A DNA stretch of 64,000 nt from Blepharisma stoltei ATCC 30299 (taxonomy: Eukaryota > Protista > Ciliophora): contig CBFDEM010000062.1 of the NCBI GenBank assembly GCA_965603825.1, positions 496,001 to 560,000 of the forward strand, in the 5' to 3' direction. The stretch's first letter is position 1, and every line of letters begins with the position of its first letter. Shown in pieces: positions 47,495 to 58,479 of this stretch. The notes beneath the pieces were generated by a model that saw only the letters and a program-made list of their open reading frames with translations, did not search any database and was not told the DNA's origin. The translations under genes and the position numbers were made by a program.

Positions 47495-49216
47495 ATGGAT
47501 AATCACATAATACCTCAGCATTCAAACATCTTCATAGATGGCTTAACATTTTTCAGCGACTTTGATTCAGGGAATCTTAATCGTGCATCTAAAGTAGGAC
47601 AGAATCAATATGAGCTTTGTGTTGCTGCTGACGCAGCAGATAAGGGTTTCAACAATTACCGAGTGTGGTTTCATTTCGGAATTAAAGGATTAAGAAAAGG
47701 CAATTTTTTTAAGCTCACGATCATGAATTTAAGCAATTTTAGACTGATGGCAGCTCCTTCATATAGGCCTGTATGAAGATCTATCCCATCACAGCCTGAA
47801 TGGCAGAGAATTCCAACAGATTCTTCGTTTGAAGCAAGCATCCCTTCATGTTTCAAGCTTTCTTGGGTTTTCGAGATGAATTACATGGACAATGACCTTT
47901 ATTTTGCCTTTGCTCCACCTTATCCTTACTGTGAAGTTGCCAAAAGCATAAATAGTTTTCAAGACATTTGCCCTATAGATTCAATTTTTTATCGTGAAAT
48001 TATTACTAGAAGTATTGATGGGAGAGATGTAGAGCTTATTACTATTTCTAATAGAGAAAATTTTACTACAGAAAGAGAAGACAGACTTTACCCAGCATTT
48101 TTAACACAAGAAGCTAGGTGCTATAAGCCAGCAAAACCAGTTATTTTTATCAGTGCAAGAGTGCATCCAGGAGAAACTCCGGGATCGTTTATGCTTGATG
48201 GATTTTTAAAAGCGTTATTAGCTCAGGATAGGAGAGGGTATGTATTGAGAAAACTTTTTGTTTTTAAAATAATTCCAATATTGAACCCTGATGGAGTTTA
48301 TCGAGGGCATTTCCGAGTTGATCAGAATGGGAACAATTTAAACAGGTACTATATTAATCCTACGCAAAATGAGCACCCAACAATTTTTGCAGCAAAAACA
48401 TATGCAGAGTATTTAAACTCTATATCAACAGTGGCTTTTTATTTAGATTTTCATGCCCATGTCTCGAGAAGAGGATGCTTTTTATTTGGAAATTACTTAG
48501 AAATAGAACAGCAAGTAGAAAACGAACTATTTGCAAAACTGATGGAACTTAATTCGCCCTTTTTTGATTTTAGTGAATGTGATTTTTCTGAAAAAAGCAT
48601 GACTGCAAAAGACCCAAAAGACCAGCACTCTAAAGAAGGCTGCGGAAGAGTAGCTTTACATAAAAGCACCGGAATTATAAGATGCTACACAGTTGAAGGG
48701 CCTTATCATGTGGCTAGGCCTTTGCACACAATTACACCCTTGATAAATATAAAGGTGGGGAGAAGACATCCAGAATTACCTATAATAATTATGAATCAGG
48801 CAATTCTGGTTTATAATAGGTTCTTGTTTGATGACTTAGGATCCGCTATTGCTGCATCAATACTTGATACATCTGGGTTGAATCCACTCTCAAGAGTTCC
48901 TTCAACTGAATATAAATGTATTGAAACCTTGAAAGAATTCATTTCCTCAAGGATAAACTTGCAAAGAAAAAGGCATAATTTAGTCACAAGAAGTTCATCC
49001 AAGACCGAGATGGAAAAAGTGAATAAATCCAACCCTAAACAAATTTTACCTAAAGTCGCAAATAAAGTAGCTAGAAAGCTGCCTATTATTTCTCCTATTC
49101 TTTCGGAGAGAGTTGCCACAAGCTTTTCTTTGCAAAAGTCAAACCAAAAATTGGCGACTTTGCCTCCGAGAAGGCAAACGACTACTCTTCTTAAATACCA
49201 TAAGGCTCAAAGTTAA
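47495..49216 (+). CDS. Cytosolic carboxypeptidase / tubulin deglutamylase, CCP5 (AGBL5)-like; one TGA=Trp
   Basis: FFSDFDSGNL, WFHF, joined via TGA 47774 to FAFAPPY, SARVHPGETP, PILNPDGVYRGH.R.D..G.NLNR, DFHAH, SKEGCGRV, YTVE. Confidence 0.9.
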
Positions 49217-49588
49217 GGGAGGGCTATTTATGCTAATATAACTTAATTATTTTTATTGCTTAATTTAATCAGAGAGTTTAAAAGCCCTTTGCCGGTCTCT
49301 TTCCCAGGCGAGTGATATGATAAATTAAGTGATTTTTATTTTCAAGATTTTGAAATTATAAATAACCCTGCACTAATATAATTTTAAAAAGATATAGTTG
49401 ATCGAGCGAATAAGATTTATATCTAAAAGTATAATGAAATCAATATATCTAGCTTATTCATTTATCTTACCTCATAATAAGTTAGCTCTTAAACAGAGAG
49501 TTTGATTTAGCATTATAAATAGTTATTATGACGTAAACTAACAAATCAAGAAGTCCTTAAATTACTATTTCTTCCTAAGATTATAAAA

Positions 49589-49843
49589 CTATTTTTTTTG
49601 TCTCGGCGTAAAAGTTGACACTCTTTCAATATTACTCTCTCGAAGTTCATGCAATTTTCTTTCAGCTGTGCTATAAAAATGATCGACTTCTGGAATGTTT
49701 TTTCGAGGAATTTTGGCTCCTCTTTTGAATTCATTCCTAGTTTGAATCAGCAGGCTTTCTCTCATTCCGAGAGGTCTTTTCATTATAAGCTTCAAGTAAT
49801 GTCTGTACATTATGAGGACTTCGAACTTGAATGATGACTGCAT
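49589..49843 (-). CDS. LYR-motif protein, SDHAF1-like
   Basis: EVL.MYR.YLK..R.EFK....IPRKN...VD.F....ERKL; 84 aa. Confidence 0.7.
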   Translation of the reverse strand: MQSSFKFEVLIMYRHYLKLIMKRPLGMRESLLIQTRNEFKRGAKIPRKNIPEVDHFYSTAERKLHELRESNIERVSTFTPRQKK

Positions 49844-50205
49844 TTTTAAAATGAATTATCTATTTATCAAATCAGATATAGAAATTTCCATTCAGCTATT
49901 TAGAGGGGTTTAATTATATTACATCAAGACGGTCTAAGACTATAGTAAGAGTAGTTTTTATTAAGATAGATCTTATCCTATGCTTAATTTTATTGCGAGT
50001 AATGATATATCAAAAAGTTTAGCTAGCCCTAAATATGTAAAAAATAGAATAGTGCATATTTCTAATAGATTAGCATTTTTGGATATGCATTTAATAATAA
50101 TTTCGGTAATTGTAATCTTATTTATTAAACAATATTTTCTAAAATATCAAAAGTGTATAAGATGTCATATTTACTGATGAAATTTAAAATTAATTTGTAG
50201 TAATA

Positions 50206-51318
50206 ATGGAGATGGATCATTTTACAAATGTGCAATCGAGAAAGATCCTCGACGGTATTGCCCATTCAGAAATAAACTCTATCATAGTGCCAGAGTTTAG
50301 CATAGTCTTAACATCAAGAATGACTCCATTCGGAGTTATCTTGCGAACTGAAATCCCCAAAAATGCAATAAATGCTTATCAAAACATAGGATCTATAGTA
50401 TTTGAAATTCATTTAGAAGGAAAATATCCTTATCAGCCTCCCAAAATCCTTTGCGAAACAATTTTTAGTTATCCATCCATTTCTGATGGCCGAGATCTTT
50501 TGGCTGAAATTTTAGAAACTAGCTGGTCTCCTAAAGTCAAAATATCTGATTTGATTAAAAAAATACCAAAATTTGTCGAAAAATTATCAAAAACAAATAT
50601 ATTAAGGCATCTTAATATAGGGAAATTTCATTTGGGCCATCCAATGCATCTGACAAGTTGAGCATTGAAAGAAAATATGGCATATTTTATATGCCACGAA
50701 ATTGATTTAAAACTCCCTATCATTAAGCATGAAAGAATTATTGTAATAACTCATACAAGGATTTTAATTTTAAGCGTAAGCAAGGACTTTCTTGGTGTTG
50801 GCCATTTAATTAGCTGAGCTTCATTGGATTCAATATATACAATCATTAGATCAAGATCTCAAGAAAACAAAGTAGTGATTCAATGGAAAAAAGTAGCTAG
50901 GGAAAGACAGATTTCTCAGCAATTTCTGATAGATCAAGCGTCAGAGTTTGTTACGCTAGTATGTAGTAATATTCGAAAACTAGGTGATCTGTACAATAAA
51001 AATTTAGAAAACGAGCTTGAAAGTGATGAAATAAACTTAAACGAAGGGAACAGTAAAATTTTAGAAGAGATATCTAAATATGAAAGTATGTTTGAAAGCA
51101 TAAATAAAATAGAAACAGTTGATTCTTTAATGGTTCTATATCAAAAAGCTATAGAGTATTACTCTCTCAAAGATGAAGCAATGTATCAAAAATTAATCCA
51201 GAGGATGCATCTGTTCCTATCGAAGAAAAACATTATGAAAATGTTTGAAAAAAGAAAAAAATTAGAAGAGGGGAAGAATATGGAAAATTTAGAAGACGAG
51301 AAAGAAAAACTTATATAA
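50206..51318 (+). CDS. UBC/UEV-like domain protein; 2 TGA=Trp codons
   Basis: F.IHL..KYPYQPPKI, PSI.DG, ETSWSP; frame continues through TGA 50659 and 50816 to TAA 51316-51318. Confidence 0.72.
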
Positions 51319-51430
51319 TGTTTATAATATTTGCTATAAGCTTCAAAGCATTTTAAATATTTATAAATAAACACAACTAGTGCGCCATTCTAAAGTAAGA
51401 ACAATATTAATATTTGAATATATTTTTAGC

Positions 51431-52750
51431 TTAGCTCGCTTCTTGCACTATATCTATAATGACACTCGTAAACCCGATTATCGCCAAAGTCCAGCTGGCA
51501 ATCAAGACTATAAGATTTCGAGGTGTCGTGAGCGGTTGTTCACTAAGCTTGATGTACATTAGACCTGGAATTATCAACCCCATAACCCCAGCGCAAAATC
51601 CTCCCAAAAAATTAAAAACGACTGTTATATTTGGATAAAACATAGCTATAAGCATGCAGCCCATAATTGTAGTCAGAGTTATGGACAAATGCATTATTAA
51701 AGACGACGTACCATCCACTTTAAATATTAATTTTTCAATAGACGTTCTGCAAGGGAGCAAATTTATTGGAATTGCTATCGTTAGCGTAAAAGAAATCAGG
51801 AATCTTGCGATCACCATAGCCCAGTCGTTTCCTATGCTGTCAGGTGCTTTTCTCATAATGATTAGATTGGGGGTATCATTGAGGCAGGATAAATAACCAA
51901 ATAAGGCAAGGATACAGAAGAGAGAGCTCATTATGTATATAGAGTTTCGAGTCACTTTTTTCATCCTTGGCTCTGTTCGATTAAAAAGTTCCCCTTGAAT
52001 TCTTGCAATGTTCTGATGACAGAGATAAGCAAACATTCCAATTGAGAAAGCGCTGAAAATATTTATGTCGACCACAAAGTAGTTTATTTTAGAAAAGTTG
52101 TTATGTTTAACAAAAAATGGGAACTCTATGATTACCACAAGCATAACGAAAGTCAGACAAATGACGTTGAACAAAGCCTTGAATCTGAGAGTTGTTAGTT
52201 TTCTCATAAGTCCCAAAGGTGTAACTATAAGTACATTTAAAAATAGCATAATTAAGTCTCTTTCTAGTGCTCTGTCAAAGTTCATATTCAAAGACTTGAA
52301 AATACTTGGGACGATTTCGCCGACAATTATATTTAAAGCGATAATTAGGCCGATTCCATTTAAAATTATTGCTGTGTCTAATAGAACGGCCCACTTCACT
52401 CCAAGCATTTCTTTGCAGACGGTCGGATAGTGGTAAATATTGTACTTTTTAGCACAATTACTGACGGTTTTCAAACTGTAATACATCAAGAAAGCACAAA
52501 GAATAACAATCGCCAGACCCAAAATTAAGCCTGCCTGTAGTAAACATAGGGGTATTGCTAGATATCCAGCACCCATTGCTGTCGAGGTCAGAATAAACAC
52601 AGATCCTCTAAGAGAGCCTTGTTTCATTGGCCCAAAAGTTCTGTGCACCCAAGAATTCCTTTTTGCTTGATAATTATTTAAAGGAGGAAGCTTGGTTGCC
52701 CCATCTTTGTCGTTGTAATCAATTAAGCTGATTTGTTCACCGGTAGCCAT
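51431..52750 (-). CDS. Amino-acid transporter (AAAP/SLC38-like)
   Basis: GSVFILTSTAMGAGYLAIP, FAYLCHQN, LFGYLS, multiple TM helices. Confidence 0.9.
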   Translation of the reverse strand: MATGEQISLIDYNDKDGATKLPPLNNYQAKRNSWVHRTFGPMKQGSLRGSVFILTSTAMGAGYLAIPLCLLQAGLILGLAIVILCAFLMYYSLKTVSNCAKKYNIYHYPTVCKEMLGVKWAVLLDTAIILNGIGLIIALNIIVGEIVPSIFKSLNMNFDRALERDLIMLFLNVLIVTPLGLMRKLTTLRFKALFNVICLTFVMLVVIIEFPFFVKHNNFSKINYFVVDINIFSAFSIGMFAYLCHQNIARIQGELFNRTEPRMKKVTRNSIYIMSSLFCILALFGYLSCLNDTPNLIIMRKAPDSIGNDWAMVIARFLISFTLTIAIPINLLPCRTSIEKLIFKVDGTSSLIMHLSITLTTIMGCMLIAMFYPNITVVFNFLGGFCAGVMGLIIPGLMYIKLSEQPLTTPRNLIVLIASWTLAIIGFTSVIIDIVQEAS

Positions 52751-53098
52751 ACTTATGTAAAATTACATAAATACGCCACAATAATTAAAGCATCGGGAAT
52801 TCAAAATTTAAATGCTGATTTAACTCTCTTTTTATAAAGAATTTTGGTAAGATTAAAAAAACATTATAAAAATAGCTTATGAAAGGGTTATAAATTAAAA
52901 CTTTACTGCTGCATGGTTGATGGAGTAAGCAGTAATTTGGTGCTAAAAATTGATTTTTAAGTTTGGGTATTCTTTGTTTATCCATTATTGATTCAGAGCA
53001 AAATATGTAAATTAAATATTAAAAAATTTGGTTTATTATAAATACAACTCTTTGAAAAAGCTTTCAACCAAACTCATAGATTTAAATAAAGATAAGGT

Positions 53099-53944
53099 CT
53101 AATGCTTATTCAAGACTCTTTTTAGTTCATGAAGTCTTTCAGTTGATAAGCTACTGTTCATCTGGCTTGCATTGAGTATAGGAATTTGTAAAATTGGACG
53201 ATTAAAGTGAGTTAGTTGTTCTGATCTAGATTTTCCATTCCTATTAAAGCTTGCTATAATATCAAAAGCCGATTTTGACCTTGTATTGGTCATTTTCTTA
53301 GGAGAGGCTTCTTTAAATAAAACTTTTGGATATTTTAACAATGTTTCTTTTACTGGTTTTGACTCAAAATTTGATTTTCTCTTTATCCTTTCAGTATATA
53401 TTTCTTGAGGATTAAGCCCATCACTTTCTTGAGGGTTTCCTGAAGCTGGGGAAATTAGAAAGGGATTCCATTTTGGCCTATTCAAATTAACTCTACCAAG
53501 ATCTGGGCCTTCATTTTGTCTTAGCTTAAGCATGGTGATACTTCTATAAGAATAAATTCTCGTGGTATTGCTTTTCTTTTTCCCTTTAAAATGCAATTTT
53601 CCATCTGAAAAATTCTTTGAGATAATTTTCTTGAGAGGGAGCTTAGGGATGCTGCTAAGATTTGCTTTATCTATTGGGATTAAAAAGCAGGTTTTTATTA
53701 TTTCATCAATTTCTCCTAGCATTTGGTCCATTTCGCTATCAAACTCGTCATATCGATCTTCATCCTCTTCAAAAACCTTGTTTAAAGCTTCAGGATCTGG
53801 CAGATATTTCTCCAGCAATTGAGTTTGGGAAAAATAGCTTTCTTTCATCTTTTCACGTCGAAATCTCATGACCATTTCTTGAGCTTTTTCATCCCTATCA
53901 CTGGGTTTGAAGTGGTAAATAATTCTTGATCTTGATAAGTCCAT
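53099..53944 (-). CDS. Hypothetical protein (281 aa)
   Basis: ATG-to-TAG ORF with AT-rich flanks. Confidence 0.7.
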   Translation of the reverse strand: MDLSRSRIIYHFKPSDRDEKAQEMVMRFRREKMKESYFSQTQLLEKYLPDPEALNKVFEEDEDRYDEFDSEMDQMLGEIDEIIKTCFLIPIDKANLSSIPKLPLKKIISKNFSDGKLHFKGKKKSNTTRIYSYRSITMLKLRQNEGPDLGRVNLNRPKWNPFLISPASGNPQESDGLNPQEIYTERIKRKSNFESKPVKETLLKYPKVLFKEASPKKMTNTRSKSAFDIIASFNRNGKSRSEQLTHFNRPILQIPILNASQMNSSLSTERLHELKRVLNKH

Positions 53945-54096
53945 CTATAACAGTGGGTAGTTTAATTATTATTTCATTAAAATTGTCAATAATTAATATT
54001 AACTTATAAAGAAAGATCGTTTCTTTAATGGAAAAATTGGTGGCTTTTAGTATTAATATAAATGCAATGTTGAAAGGTTAAATTTATTAAAACTAT

Positions 54097-54372
54097 TTAG
54101 CAAAGCGCTTTCAATAGCTCTTCAACCATAACCTTGAACTCTTCTAAGTTCAGCTTACCATCTTGGTCTTCGTCTAAAGCTTCGATGAGCTCGTTTACCA
54201 TTTCATCATCAGGGGGAGGCGTTCCACAATCCTTAGATATCATACCTAGAGCCTCTTTCAATTCACTTCTTTCAATATTTCCTGAGTGATCTGTATCGAA
54301 ACTGTCAAAAATCACTTTTGCAATTCCATGAACTTCTGCAGGGTTATTTAAAATTGATTGAATTTCGGCCAT
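54097..54372 (-). CDS. Small two-EF-hand calcium-binding protein (91 aa)
   Basis: DTDHSGNIERSE and DEDQDGKLNLEE loops; ATG at 54372 (MAEIQSIL). Confidence 0.88.
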   Translation of the reverse strand: MAEIQSILNNPAEVHGIAKVIFDSFDTDHSGNIERSELKEALGMISKDCGTPPPDDEMVNELIEALDEDQDGKLNLEEFKVMVEELLKALC

Positions 54373-54540
54373 TTCAAAATTATATATTAATATAATAATT
54401 TTTTTTTCAGTATATTTACTTTGAAAGCTGATTTGGGTAATCAAATAAGATAAGAAATGAATGTCTCTTATAAATAGTACATATATTATTAGTATTAAAT
54501 AGATCTTTACTAAAACTAATTCCCAAATAAAGTAAAATCC

Positions 54541-56289
54541 TTATTTTTTCATGACTGAATTCAGTAATACAAATGATCTTTTCAATCCTTTTAACTCTTT
54601 TTCTAAATCAATTTTCTCGATAAATGTCTTCCTTTGAGGACGAGGAGTTTCTGTAATGTCACTTTTTTCTTTATCAAACTCATGCTTTTCAAGCTCTTTC
54701 TCATATAGAGAAATTATATTTTCATACTTTCGCTTGACGAGCTTTAGTGAGTCAATTTTTTCTAAATATTTTTTTTCTTTTGCAATCATATCTGATTTTA
54801 TCATTTTAATTTCATGTTGAGCTTCTATATTTTCTGCTTTATTTACTCTCTCTTGGTCAAGCTCTAGCTTGATTTCTTTAATTTTTTCATTATTTGCTCC
54901 TACTACTCATTCACAAAGAAGGAAAATCCCTTTTAAGCATTTTTCTAGAGCTGTAGAATACTCTGGGATAAACTCCGCAATCCCTCGAATAATTATCCGT
55001 AAATGTCTTGAATATTCCCCTATTCAATACTCAACCTTTTTACTAAGTTCTTCATTATTTATCTTTTCGTTGCATTGATTTTCTAATAATGATAAAATGT
55101 CTCTATTAAAATATTTTGCTTTTTCTTTCATTTTTTTACAGACTTGGAGAAGCTCTTCAGGGGTTGGCTCTACAATATTTTCTGTTTTTTCTGGGCTATA
55201 GGCTGTTAGCTCATCATTTTTGTTACTGATTGTAATTCTATCATGAAATGAGTCACTTTCATATAACATTAAATTTGGTAAAATAATTTTTATAGGTGAT
55301 CCGAGCTTTAAATTTCATTTTTTGCCATATCCTGAAATAGCTAAAGTATTAGAAGTTTCAATATCTTCTTTAAGATCTTTCAATGAAAATTTTTGTCTTA
55401 CTTTTCGAGCTGTTGAAGGTCTGCTTGGCATACTCCTCTCTGTTAATAAGCCTAAGTCCTCCGTATTTTTTCTATGTGTACTAGGAGGCTTTGGTATTGA
55501 TATATTTTTACTATCACATTGAATCATCAAGCAAACTCCCTCAATTCTATTAGGCTCTTTTCCAGTTTCGCAATCCTTGCATATGAACAACTCATTCTTT
55601 GTATTCAAATAATACGAATTTCCACATTTCTCGCATTTCTCTATAAATCCAAGAAAAGAAAAATCAATTACTTGATTTTCTGAGGTTTTTTTATTAGTAA
55701 ACGTCTTCTCGATGTTTTTGGTCATCTGGTTAATGTCACAAGTATTATGTTTTGGCTCTGTTATCATTGAATATAATATTTTTGATAAAAAATTAGGCGA
55801 ATTTGGTTTTGATGCAATGTCATAATTGTAATCAATCAAGGAAATAAGGTTGTTTAGATGGTTCATTTTAGATAAAATCATTTTATGGATGTTTTCTTCA
55901 ATTTCAAGTACTTTTTGGTACTCTTGAAGGAATGGAGACTCTTCAAGCATATCTGTAACTTCTCTGACATGGGCTAAATATTCATCATGTTTTCGTCTTT
56001 CTTCGTCTTCTTGTGAACAGAATATTTTCATAAGGAGATCGTTAGGGGTAATTGATCGTTGCTCTATCATTCTGTCATAAGGCTTAGCACTTTGTGCTCT
56101 TTTTGCAGGAGAGTTTTCATTAGATAATGATGCTTGTGATGGTGTAAATCTTTTCATTCTTTTGAAGCTTTGAGGCCTGATCTGGATTTGTGGACTAATT
56201 TTTTTGTCGTTTATGTTAAGCTTTGATATAAATTCAGCAAAACGTTTGGAGCTTATATTTAGATTTGATGTCTGCTGACTTTTCAACAT
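54541..56289 (-). CDS. Hypothetical protein (582 aa) with a CxxC..CxxC motif and C-terminal coiled coil; 3 TGA=Trp codons
   Basis: ORFs 55315-56289, 55024-55269 and 54541-54804 are in one frame separated only by TGA; CEKC..CKDC motif. Confidence 0.72.
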
Positions 56290-56392
56290 TTAGAGATAAT
56301 TGTTATAATAGGCATTTTAACTAATTATTGTATTAAATTTAAAAGGATTTTGTGCTAACAGATATAGGAATTTTATTAAAGATATTTATAAA

Positions 56393-57142
56393 ATGTCAAA
56401 GCTCGATGAAAAAATATCAGATCTTTTAGTGCTCTCAATTGCTGGGTCTCAAAAAGAGCAGAAATCAGCAGAAGCAGAGCTTGAGATTCTTAGCCAAGAC
56501 AAGAAATCAATATTTACAATTTTAAGCAGATTATTAGCAAATCCAGATACTCCACAGATTCTTAAAAGTTCAGCTGCCTTTCACTTAAGACAAACAATTA
56601 GAAAGGCAATTGAATGCAATGAACTCGACTCAGAGGTTCGCCACTTATTATTTAACTCTATTTCAGCTGCATTAGTAAGTCAAAACTTGGATACAGTCAC
56701 TAAAGGGGCTTTACAATATTCCCTAAATCTTGTTATTACTGGGGAGTGAATAGAATCATTAAAGCCCTCTAAAGAAAAATTAGAGGAAAATAAAGCATCA
56801 TCTGTAGGAAAAAAGAGTGCAAAGAAATCTAAAGAAAGCCTACAATTTTCAGCTCAATCTGTATCTAAAATCATGAAAAAATTCAAAATAACTAAACGAA
56901 TCGGATCTGGCGCTCCTGTTTACCTCGCTGCTGTTTTAGAATTTTTAGCTTCAGAAATGCTTGAGCTTGCAGGAAATGCTGCAAAGGATTACAAAAAATC
57001 TAGAATTGTTCCTAAACACATACAATTTGCAATTAGAAAAAACAAAGAACTGAGTAAGCTAATTATGAATAAAAGTATTGAAGAAAATATAGCAAACATT
57101 TTAGAAAGGCAGAAAAAAGATGCAGAAACTCATGAGCATTAA
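56393..57142 (+). CDS. Fusion of an importin-beta N-terminal-like helical domain and a divergent histone H2A (249 aa)
   Basis: ORFs 56393-56749 and 56873-57142 share a frame with only TGA 56747-56749 between them. H2A core [49 protein letters not shown]. Confidence 0.82.
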
Positions 57143-57306
57143 GCATTGTAAGCGATGATAATTTTATTTTAAAAAATTACTTATATGAGAAATGGTTTTT
57201 AACTTTTTTATTAATTCATTTTGGCTCTTTTAGTAAAGAGAATTGCTAATAACTTAATCTAAAATTATTATATAAAGCAAAAATTTAAGCAAATAATTGA
57301 AAAAGC

Positions 57307-58479
57307 TTAAGTCAAAATATCTTTAACCAATTCCACCCAATAAGAAGCACCTATGAGCATGGCTCTCTCATCAAAATCAAACGTTGAAGAATGAAGGTGA
57401 GATGTATGCTGGCTATCCCCACACCCCATCATAATAAAGCATCCAGGCTTTTTCTCAGTGAAATATGAAAAGTCTTCTCCAATTAGAGGTGATAAGTTAT
57501 TAATATTCGCTCCAGGACAGATTTTCTTAAATGCATTCCCTGCTATTTGTGATGGTTCTGGAGAATTTATTGTTGGTGGGTAATAATTTTGAAACTCCAG
57601 CTTTATTTCACATCCAAAGCTTATTTCTGATCCTCTACAGAAATTCGTTATTCTTTTTTCTATCGTTTCCTTTGTTTCAGGCTCAAAACATCTAATAGTT
57701 CCACTAATTTTACAAATATGTGGAATTGCGTTAAAAACTTCTCCAGAATGAAATGTTGTTACTGCAATTGAGGCCTTTGTTTGAGGGTCTACATATTTTG
57801 ACAATATTGTATTAATATCTAGTACAATATGAGCTCCCGCATGTATAGGATCAATAGATAAATGAGGTGTTGAAGCATGTCCACCTTTGCCTATAATATC
57901 AATATAAAAATAACTACTATAGCAAGAGGCATATTTTGATGAAATCAGCACATCGCCGATTTTTTCGCTAGCTGTTATATGAAGCCCGTATACTTGTTCA
58001 ACATCCGGGTTTTCAAGCGCGGGATAAAGAGGGTCATTTATCATGGCCTGAGCTCCAAATTCTCCTTCTTCAGCAGGCTGGAATAAGAATTTCAAGCTTC
58101 CTTTCAGTTTTTCTCTGAAGTTTGATATTACCTTGGCTGCTATGAGAAGCATTGCGACATGAGCATCATGCCCGCATGCATGCATCCGACCTTGTATTTG
58201 GGACTTATACTCTACATTATTTTCTTCTTGGATTGCTAATGCATCCATATCTGCTCTTAATAGGTAGCAAGGGCCTCCGTCAGATTTCAGCACCCCAATG
58301 ACGCCTGATCTGCCAACTTGCGAGTAAACTTCGACACCTGATAAGGAACTTAAATATGTTGTAACTAAACTTGTTGTATTTGGAAGCTCATACAAGAGCT
58401 CAGGATTTTTATGAATCTCTCGCCGAATTGTTTTCATCTCATCAAAAAGTTCTAAAACATGAGAATTTATGTTTTCCAT
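57307..58479 (-). CDS. M20D amidohydrolase (ILR1/hippuricase-like)
   Basis: RREIHKNPEL, LRADMDAL, MHACGHDAH, FQPAEEG, GKGGHA, GEDF, HLHS; ATG at 58479. Confidence 0.93.
   Translation of the reverse strand: MENINSHVLELFDEMKTIRREIHKNPELLYELPNTTSLVTTYLSSLSGVEVYSQVGRSGVIGVLKSDGGPCYLLRADMDALAIQEENNVEYKSQIQGRMHACGHDAHVAMLLIAAKVISNFREKLKGSLKFLFQPAEEGEFGAQAMINDPLYPALENPDVEQVYGLHITASEKIGDVLISSKYASCYSSYFYIDIIGKGGHASTPHLSIDPIHAGAHIVLDINTILSKYVDPQTKASIAVTTFHSGEVFNAIPHICKISGTIRCFEPETKETIEKRITNFCRGSEISFGCEIKLEFQNYYPPTINSPEPSQIAGNAFKKICPGANINNLSPLIGEDFSYFTEKKPGCFIMMGCGDSQHTSHLHSSTFDFDERAMLIGASYWVELVKDILT

Noticed and set aside
49301-49310. CGCCTGGGAA (minus strand) resembling part of 5S rRNA
   Set aside because: Only 10 nt; the flanks do not match 5S
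52785-52985. Short AT-rich ORFs here and at 10772-10975 and 49980-50177
   Set aside because: Intergenic composition with I/F/Y/N-biased translations and no motifs
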